This document shows positions 1-5,891 of a stretch of 38,727 nucleotides of DNA, in pieces; position 1 is the stretch's first letter; the number at the start of each line of letters is the position of its first letter. The stretch spans positions 1-38,727 of the forward strand of contig CAZQXX010000004.1 in assembly GCA_964597105.1 (NCBI GenBank). The letters run 5' to 3'. The notes beneath the pieces were generated by a model that made no database searches, was not told the origin of the DNA, and saw only the letters and a program-made list of their open reading frames with translations. The translations under genes and the position numbers were made by a program. Origin of the DNA: an uncultured Anaerolineales bacterium. Its GTDB lineage: Bacteria; Chloroflexota; Anaerolineae; B4-G1.

Positions 1-58
1 GGGTAGCGACGATCGATGACGTGTGTCGCCGTTGACCAGACATAAGCCTTCTCACCGG

Positions 59-87
59 TTGTTCAGGAAGCAGCGCTGGCCTATAAT
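59..87 (+). promoter_or_regulatory. sigma70-type promoter candidate upstream of the cinA-like gene
   Basis: TTGTTC (59-64), 17-nt spacer, TATAAT (82-87), about 55 nt upstream of the GTG start at 143. Read directly from the sequence. Confidence 0.4.
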
Positions 88-142
88 GGGGGCGCTTGTC
101 CAATAGGTGTCGCAGCGTAGTGCTTGCTGAGGGGGTAGAGGA

Positions 143-607
143 GTGACGGAAGAATCGATCGCTGAACAGGTGACTCGAATACTCGTCGAGCGGGAGTTGA
201 CCATTGGCACGGTGGAGTGCGGTGCAGCCGGTATCGTCAGCCATCGTATCTTTAGCACGGAGGAGGGGCCCAACGCGCTGGGGAATAGTCTGATCCTCGA
301 CGACGTGGAGGAGGCGATCGGCTTGATGGCGCTGCCCCGTCCTCAGTTCAAGAAGGCCGGTGACTTCTCCGCGAAGGCGGCCCGAGCGGCAGCTCGAGAG
401 GGGCGCAGCTTCCTGGGGGTGAACCTCTGCCTGGCCGTCTGGGCGAGGGGGCCGATCACCGATGAGGAAGAGCAGACGGTATACCTGGCCCTCAACACAG
501 CGCGAGACGTCATCGACGAGGCCTACCAGGTGGGGGGCGGGGCGGGACACGACGCCGACTGGCTGGTCGATCGAGCGCTCGAGATGCTGCTAGGGGTGCT
601 ATCGTAG
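143..607 (+). CDS. CinA C-terminal domain / PncC-like (nicotinamide-nucleotide amidohydrolase family) protein
   Basis: 154-aa ORF with a GTG start preceded by GAGGGGG. The N-terminal segment LTIGTVECGAAGIVSHRI aligns by eye with the LTxATAESCTGG segment of stand-alone CinA/PncC domains. The motif is divergent (ECGAAG instead of ESCTGG). Confidence 0.65.
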   Translation: MTEESIAEQVTRILVERELTIGTVECGAAGIVSHRIFSTEEGPNALGNSLILDDVEEAIGLMALPRPQFKKAGDFSAKAARAAAREGRSFLGVNLCLAVWARGPITDEEEQTVYLALNTARDVIDEAYQVGGGAGHDADWLVDRALEMLLGVLS

Positions 608-636
608 ACGTCGCCCCCTCGCGTGGTTCGCTCGTC

Positions 637-665
637 TTGACAATCCCCAGCAGTTGGGCTACAAT
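637..665 (+). promoter_or_regulatory. consensus sigma70 promoter of tRNA-Phe
   Basis: TTGACA (637-642), 17-nt spacer, TACAAT (660-665). The predicted transcription start lies about 6 nt before the mature tRNA 5' end at 678. Confidence 0.65.
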
Positions 666-677
666 AGCCAGCGTGAT

Positions 678-751
678 GCCGAGGTAGCTCAGCCTGGTAG
701 AGCACTTGACTGAAAATCAGGGTGTCCCCAGTTCGAATCTGGGCCTCGGCA
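678..751 (+). tRNA. tRNA-Phe (anticodon GAA)
   Basis: The cloverleaf was folded by hand. Acceptor stem GCCGAGG/CCTCGGC; D stem GCTC/GAGC; anticodon stem CTTGA/TCAGG with loop CTGAAAA; T stem CCCAG/CTGGG with TTCGAAT loop; discriminator A. CCA is not encoded. Confidence 0.95.
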
Positions 752-761
752 TCTCCCCAGA

Positions 762-791
762 GACCCGCCAATTCCCCGGCGGGTCTTTTTT
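762..791 (+). terminator. rho-independent terminator after tRNA-Phe
   Basis: GACCCGCC (762-769) pairs with GGCGGGTC (778-785) across an 8-nt loop, followed by TTTTTT (786-791). Confidence 0.85.
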
Positions 792-868
792 GTGTCCAAG
801 GAATCATCATTGTCCACGCGCCACAGCAGGCGTGAAGGTGTATGCCACGCCCTCCGTCGATCGCCCCG

Positions 869-1204
869 TCAGCTTGCGGACGTCTCGGTCACCGACGCCG
901 GGGAGCCTGTTGGCTGACGGTCAGGGCACGCCGTGCTTATGGCTCTCCCGTCCATGGCCGGTTGACCCGGTTGGGGGTCGATGGTGATGGTCGCGCGGTG
1001 TCCGCAGTGCCCGCACCGAGCTTCCCACACCGGTTGCTTCTCCATCTTGCTGAAAGGGCCCATCTCATGCCCGAGCTTGGCTGCCACGCGACGTGCGCGT
1101 TCCACCAGGGTCACGCGTTCGGCGTAGCAGAAATCCCCCCGGCACACCCCAAGCAGGCTAGCCACGCAGTCTCTACACTTACCCATGTATCGCCTCTTCC
1201 TCAC
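869..1204 (-). CDS. small cysteine-rich hypothetical protein (putative zinc-ribbon)
   Basis: 111-aa ORF whose GTG start overlaps the TGA stop of the upstream GH26-like gene (GTGA, 1201-1204). An alternative ATG lies at 1186. Cys pattern is CxxC, Cx4C and CxxC (CRDC, CRGDFC, CGHC). The opposite-strand ORF 842..1339 is Arg-rich and looks spurious. I recognise no family. Confidence 0.45.
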   Translation of the reverse strand: MRKRRYMGKCRDCVASLLGVCRGDFCYAERVTLVERARRVAAKLGHEMGPFSKMEKQPVWEARCGHCGHRATITIDPQPGQPAMDGRAISTACPDRQPTGSPASVTETSAS

Positions 1205-2355
1205 TTGAAATGGGGATCGTCGATCACGTCCTTGAAGGCATTCAGACTTTCATCGCTCGATGTTACTGACCAGTTGATGGCGGGCCACTCCCGGTCCGAC
1301 TCAACCTCAAACAGGATCACGGCTTCCACCCTCGGGTAGCTGGTCTCCAGCGACGCGAAGCAGTCCCGCAGCCAGGCTGCCTTGTCGCCCCCTTGCTCCG
1401 CCGTCGCCAGCTCGCTGATCATGATCGGCTTGTCCCACCCGAGCGCGGCTTCGTACTGGGGGGCGAACAGGTCGTCGAACGTGCGCCATTCCGCCCAGGG
1501 GGCCACGGCCGCCGTGCCGTGGTTCAACGTCGTCGTGCCGACCCAATCGACCACCTCGTCGCCCGGATAGTACTCCGATGCCCAGCTGTTCAGCCACATC
1601 GCGCTCCACAAAAATACCACGTTGTCCGCCCCTTCGTCGCGGAACACCGTGACGATCTGTCGAAACGCGTCCCGGTACGCCTCCGGTTCCCCCTGCCATG
1701 GGTACCAGGACTTGATGCCCGGCTCGGTGCTCTGCTCGTGGGCAAACCGCAGCACGATGGGCACGTCCAGCGCGCGGGCCCCGCGGGCCCATTCCCGGAT
1801 ATAGGCGTCGTGCTCGCCCTCGGCGATGCTCCTCAGGGAATACGCCGGCTGGCTAGCTGCGGGATCGTCGAACTGGCGTTTCCACGGCTCCCACGTGATC
1901 ACCGGGGTGAGCCCCAGCTCGGATGCCGCCCGGATCGCCTCGGCGGGGAAGTCGCGGTCTTGGTCGCCCCATGCGTGGAACCAGAGCACGTACGTCATCT
2001 TGTGCTCCACCAGCGTCTCGAACTCATAGACCGAGACGAAGTTGTCCTGGAGCACGCCTTCCGTGTAGATGCCCAGGCCCACCTGGCCCTCCGGGTTCAG
2101 CGTCGCCACAGGGCTGGGGAATGGGGTGGGAGTCGCCGTGGGAGTGGGCGTTGGGGTCGGCGTTGGCGTCGGTGTGCTCGTCGGTGTCGGCGTCGGAGTG
2201 GGCGTCGGGGTGGATGTTGGGGTCGGTGTGCTGGTCGCCGTCGGGGACGGCGTCACCGTGGGGTAGATCCCTGCCAGTGGCCCGCACGCGGTCAGCGCCC
2301 CCAGGGCGGCGGTGGCGATCACGGCGGCGAGTGGGCTCCATCTCACGCGTGCCAT
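1201..2355 (-). CDS. secreted lipoprotein, glycoside hydrolase family 26-like (beta-mannanase / beta-glycanase fold)
   Basis: Signal peptide with lipobox LTAC (Cys24), then a roughly 50-aa Pro/Thr linker. The catalytic domain carries GH26-like motifs: RFAHEQS...WYPWQG (acid/base Glu), YYPGDEVVDWVG, and PIMISELA (nucleophile Glu). ATG at 2353-2355 with GAGG upstream. Confidence 0.8.
   Translation of the reverse strand: MARVRWSPLAAVIATAALGALTACGPLAGIYPTVTPSPTATSTPTPTSTPTPTPTPTPTSTPTPTPTPTPTPTATPTPFPSPVATLNPEGQVGLGIYTEGVLQDNFVSVYEFETLVEHKMTYVLWFHAWGDQDRDFPAEAIRAASELGLTPVITWEPWKRQFDDPAASQPAYSLRSIAEGEHDAYIREWARGARALDVPIVLRFAHEQSTEPGIKSWYPWQGEPEAYRDAFRQIVTVFRDEGADNVVFLWSAMWLNSWASEYYPGDEVVDWVGTTTLNHGTAAVAPWAEWRTFDDLFAPQYEAALGWDKPIMISELATAEQGGDKAAWLRDCFASLETSYPRVEAVILFEVESDREWPAINWSVTSSDESLNAFKDVIDDPHFK
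2110..2259 (-). repeat. low-complexity Pro/Thr (TPTPTP) linker-coding microsatellite-like tract
   Basis: Encodes residues about 33-82 of the GH26-like protein (TVTPSPTATSTPTPTSTPTPTPTPTPTS...). On the plus strand it appears as reiterated GGCGTCGG/GGTGTCGG units. Similar tracts lie at about 15170-15310 and 18410-18500. Confidence 0.8.
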
Positions 2356-2626
2356 GGTGCCTCGGGGCGATAGCTATGGCAGGGAGCGAGTGGCGCTAGG
2401 CGCCGATGAGGAGCCCGGCTCCGCCGGCCGGGGTCCCCGACTGCCCGATGGGCTTTGGGCTCACGTTGCTGTCGCCTTGATCGGGACCGCATCGCCTCTG
2501 CCGGATGGGTGCGCTGGCTCTCGTCGCGATGATGAGGGCTACTCGGTTTCTCCATTCGTTCTTCCTTGCTCGGCGCCGGTCAGCCGAAGCCGTGGTGGCC
2601 TGGCACCTGGCACTCGATGCGTCACG

Positions 2627-4219
2627 CTACTCAGACTCGAAGAGGGAACTCAGGACGCGGACCAGGGCTGAGCTCTCGTGGACGCGCCGGAGCACCCTGA
2701 TCGCCTCCTTCTTCGGCTCTACCCCGTGCCACGAGTTCTGCACGGTCTGGCTCAAGCCGAGGATGAAGAACGCGGCCCAGAACAGGCTGCCCAGGTCGGC
2801 CGTGCTGAGCAGGGACTCGGTCATCACGTGATACACGCTGGCCCCGATCAAGCCCAGGAACAGGAGCATCTGGGGCATGACCTCGCGCCAGTACCAACGG
2901 TGGACGTGCTCCTTCCGCGTGACCCGGTAGGTCGGCTTTCCGTTGGGCCCGTACATCAGGGCGACGAGCGTGGCCCTGACGTATACCGGTGCCATCCCCA
3001 GCCACGTCTGTCGCGCGCGCCAGAGATCCTCGTAGGGAAGGCCGTCGGCGAGGCTGACCAGCAACAACTCGACGGCCACGGCGTAGGGCCAGAAGCGGAG
3101 CGCATACTCGGCGTGCGTCGTGATCACGGGGTAGATGTCGAACAGGAGCGAGAAAAGCGGCGTGATGGCGAAGACGAGCACGGCGAAGCTCAGCAGATAG
3201 AAGAAGCCCAGCTCGGCGAACTGCATATGCTGCCGCAGACTAAGGCCGATCTTGTCTCCCCAGAACGTGAGCCGCATGGTGTCGATCGCCCAGGTGCCCC
3301 GCTGCTTGAACGCGTTCGGTATGTCCTCGGGGGCCATCTGTCCGACCGCGCCAACGATGGGGAGGTAGAGCCCCCGCCACCCACGCCGCAGGGCCTCGAC
3401 CCCCGACTGCAGATCTTCGACGAGGTTCCACGTGGGGAATCCCCCGATATCCTCCAGGGCCTCTCGGCGCCACACCAGCCCGGAGCCGCAGGGGAACACG
3501 GCGTTCGCCGCGTTCTTGGCCAGCATGGCCTTGCGGTAGAACAGCGGCTCCAGGTTGCCGAAGGGATCGCCAGGGCTTACGTCGGCCTCCTTGATCGTTT
3601 GTACGAAGGCCGCCTCAGGATCTGCCAGGAGCTGCCCAATGATCTCTCGGAGAAAATCGGCGTCTCCGACGACGTCGTCCGCGTCCCGCGTCTCCACGAA
3701 GGCGGGCGGGGACTCAAGCGCCTCGATTGCGTCGAGGGCGGAGTTCAAGTTTCCAGCCTTCGCCTCGCCCCGACGATCCGGGTCGCCCCTCTCTGGCGGT
3801 TCGTGATACACCACGCGAGCGTCGGGATATTCAGATCGCAGTCGTTCGGCCATGGAACGAATCGCATATCTGTGCCCGTCATCGCTTATGACCAGACGGA
3901 TCTGTGCTGTCGGGTAGTTCTGTCGCAGGACGGACTCGACCGTCGCGTAGACCATCTCGGGAGGCTCCCCGTACGTGGGTACAATGACGGCGACCGCCGG
4001 TTCCTCTCCCTCCGGGACCGGTCGCCTCTCTGGTCTGCGATATTGCCAGTGGTTGGCGACCGTGACGAACGTCATCACTACGATGGTCAGGCTGGCGACG
4101 GCGAAGGGGACCGAGAGCCATAGGGCTCTTCTATTCAGGTTTCTGAGCACCCAGGGCAAGTACCAGGCTGTCGCGATCAGAAGAAGGACCCCGGCCCCCC
4201 TGACTTTCCAGTTCTTCAT
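2627..4219 (-). CDS. processive family-2 glycosyltransferase (cellulose/curdlan/mannan-synthase-like membrane synthase)
   Basis: GT2 signature motifs are present: VAVIVPTYGEP, ISDDG, TRDADD, VEDLQSG, and KQRGTWA in the QxxRW position. Two N-terminal and several C-terminal TM helices. Start chosen at ATG 4217-4219 (MKNWK), with GGAG 11 nt upstream and only 8 nt after the stop of the upstream gene. The ORF-track start at 4345 would overlap that gene. Confidence 0.85.
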   Translation of the reverse strand: MKNWKVRGAGVLLLIATAWYLPWVLRNLNRRALWLSVPFAVASLTIVVMTFVTVANHWQYRRPERRPVPEGEEPAVAVIVPTYGEPPEMVYATVESVLRQNYPTAQIRLVISDDGHRYAIRSMAERLRSEYPDARVVYHEPPERGDPDRRGEAKAGNLNSALDAIEALESPPAFVETRDADDVVGDADFLREIIGQLLADPEAAFVQTIKEADVSPGDPFGNLEPLFYRKAMLAKNAANAVFPCGSGLVWRREALEDIGGFPTWNLVEDLQSGVEALRRGWRGLYLPIVGAVGQMAPEDIPNAFKQRGTWAIDTMRLTFWGDKIGLSLRQHMQFAELGFFYLLSFAVLVFAITPLFSLLFDIYPVITTHAEYALRFWPYAVAVELLLVSLADGLPYEDLWRARQTWLGMAPVYVRATLVALMYGPNGKPTYRVTRKEHVHRWYWREVMPQMLLFLGLIGASVYHVMTESLLSTADLGSLFWAAFFILGLSQTVQNSWHGVEPKKEAIRVLRRVHESSALVRVLSSLFESE

Positions 4220-4227
4220 AGGCTCAT

Positions 4228-5652
4228 CTACTCCGATGTGCTTCTCCAAACGACGACGTCGACGGGAGAGCTGACGTATCTGAAGTTCGCTCCCAGATTG
4301 ATCACCATGCTGGTGCTCGAGAAGACCTGTTCGTAGGTGTCGCACGCCTCCACCTGATCAAGCACCTCCTCTGACCACGCGAAAGACCCGCGCGAGTCGA
4401 CGAACCAGTCGTACTCGCAGATGGACGGCGCCGATGCTTCATGGGTGATGCGGTACTGGTCGTAGACGTCCCAGGGCGAGTCAACGCTCCCGCCGGTGTA
4501 GAGATACATCGTGTACGGCCATGACTCGTTGATCAGGAGTTGCTCCCCTGGCTCCACGTGATCGACCAGGTAGGCTGCCGCCGGACGGGCGTCGGGCCAG
4601 GAGCGATCGGATTGATTCGCCTGCACCAGCCCGAGTCCGGCCAGCACCAGAACGACGAGCACCGTAAGGCCCTTCCGGAGCACGCCGGCCCCCCGGTCGC
4701 CCCACAGGCTGCTCAGGGTCACTCCTGCCAGTGGATAAGCGAAGAGATAGCCAAAGACCAGGTGCTTGTTCGTGCTGACCGGGTCGCCCGTGATCAGATG
4801 ATACGCGGGCCAGATCAGCAGGCTGAGGAGCATCAGGCTCGCCAACCAGCGTCTATCGCTGACGATGAACCAGCTGGAGAGGGCGAGGACGAGGGGCAGG
4901 GCGCTCAGGTAGACGATGACGAAGACGATGATCTCGTATGGAACGCCGAACGTGGGCCGGTTCTCCAGGCGCCAGTTGAAGAACTCCCCCACCTGCTCGC
5001 GCACCGGAAGGAAGAAGGCCAGTCCCACGGCCCCGGCCAGGAAGGCAAAGAGCAGGATGTCCATAGTCGCTCGGTCCTCCCGGAGAAAGAGGAGCGTGCC
5101 CAGGAGGGGGACAGCCATGATCCCGATCGGGTATTTCGCGAACACAGCCACGGCGAAAGCGCCTGCCGCTGCGACGAGCCAGGCCCGATGGTCCCTTCGC
5201 TCCAGCTCGGTGATCGCCCAGAACGCAACCGCGATCCCCGACAGCGCCAGGGTATCGTAGACCCCGAGGCGCGCCAGCGCCAGAAACGGTCCATTTAGGG
5301 CCAGGGCCACGGTGGCCCAGAAGCTCGCTCGCTCATCGAAGATGTTCGCCACGGCCCGCGCGAAGGCGGCCAGGCCGCCGACTGTCACGATAGCGGCAAC
5401 CGCGCGGGTGCCAATCAATCCGGCGACTCTGTACCCCAAACCGGCCAGGACTGGCCAGATGAGCGAGCCACCGAACCAGCTCAGGAAACGGTCTTCGTAT
5501 CCCATCCCCTCCAGGGTGCGAATCCCCGCGGTGACGTAGATCCCTTCGTCGAAGAAGGGGCCGTTGTAGTTGAGCGTGGCCAGGCATAGTACCAGGCACA
5601 CGCCCACGGCAAACCAGGTTGCACGTCTGTAGTTCCTGTTCAAAGTTGTCAT
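4228..5652 (-). CDS. GT-C fold membrane glycosyltransferase (ArnT/PMT/GT39-GT83-like)
   Basis: Polytopic membrane protein with about 11 hydrophobic segments. The first loop carries FFDEGIY (the DE motif typical of GT-C enzymes). A C-terminal soluble domain of about 130 aa follows. Start taken at ATG 5650-5652 (MTTLNRN). Confidence 0.75.
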   Translation of the reverse strand: MTTLNRNYRRATWFAVGVCLVLCLATLNYNGPFFDEGIYVTAGIRTLEGMGYEDRFLSWFGGSLIWPVLAGLGYRVAGLIGTRAVAAIVTVGGLAAFARAVANIFDERASFWATVALALNGPFLALARLGVYDTLALSGIAVAFWAITELERRDHRAWLVAAAGAFAVAVFAKYPIGIMAVPLLGTLLFLREDRATMDILLFAFLAGAVGLAFFLPVREQVGEFFNWRLENRPTFGVPYEIIVFVIVYLSALPLVLALSSWFIVSDRRWLASLMLLSLLIWPAYHLITGDPVSTNKHLVFGYLFAYPLAGVTLSSLWGDRGAGVLRKGLTVLVVLVLAGLGLVQANQSDRSWPDARPAAAYLVDHVEPGEQLLINESWPYTMYLYTGGSVDSPWDVYDQYRITHEASAPSICEYDWFVDSRGSFAWSEEVLDQVEACDTYEQVFSSTSMVINLGANFRYVSSPVDVVVWRSTSE

Positions 5653-5744
5653 TTGTTCGATCTTGCTGCACAATACGCCCTCACTTGCCGGTCCGAAAGA
5701 ATGGCAAGGGATTCACTCGGGTGGGCGGCGCCCACGACAAAGGC

Positions 5745-5773
5745 ATTGTAGCCTGATCGCGTCGCTTCGTCCA
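5745..5773 (-). promoter_or_regulatory. promoter candidate for the GT-C / GT2 operon
   Basis: Minus-strand TGGACG (plus 5768-5773), 17-nt spacer, TACAAT (plus 5745-5750). This would give a leader of about 90 nt containing two hairpins (GTGGG/CCCAC and TTGCC/GGCAA). Confidence 0.4.
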
Positions 5774-5891
5774 CCACGTTAACGGCCCCTTGCCTCTCTG
5801 TCTACCGATGCGGCTGATCGGACCGGCTGGCTCACACTATATAATGAGCAGAGAGGCTGGGCGTTACGGGTAAGGACGGAATTGTAAACCG

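Noticed and set aside
2069-2266. GVGVGV-repeat ORF and apparent tandem DNA repeats (possible CRISPR or satellite)
   Set aside because: It is the reverse-frame image of the Pro/Thr linker of the GH26-like protein. The units are short, degenerate and contiguous, with no unique spacers, so this is not a CRISPR array.
5690-5750. Possible c-di-GMP (GEMM-I-like) riboswitch near the polysaccharide locus (GGCAAGGGATTC ... ACGACAAAGGC)
   Set aside because: The resemblance is limited to two short strings on the plus strand, which is not the sense strand of the GT-C/GT2 leader. I could not draw the two-hairpin GNRA/receptor architecture, and the conserved ACGCAAAGC core is not matched.
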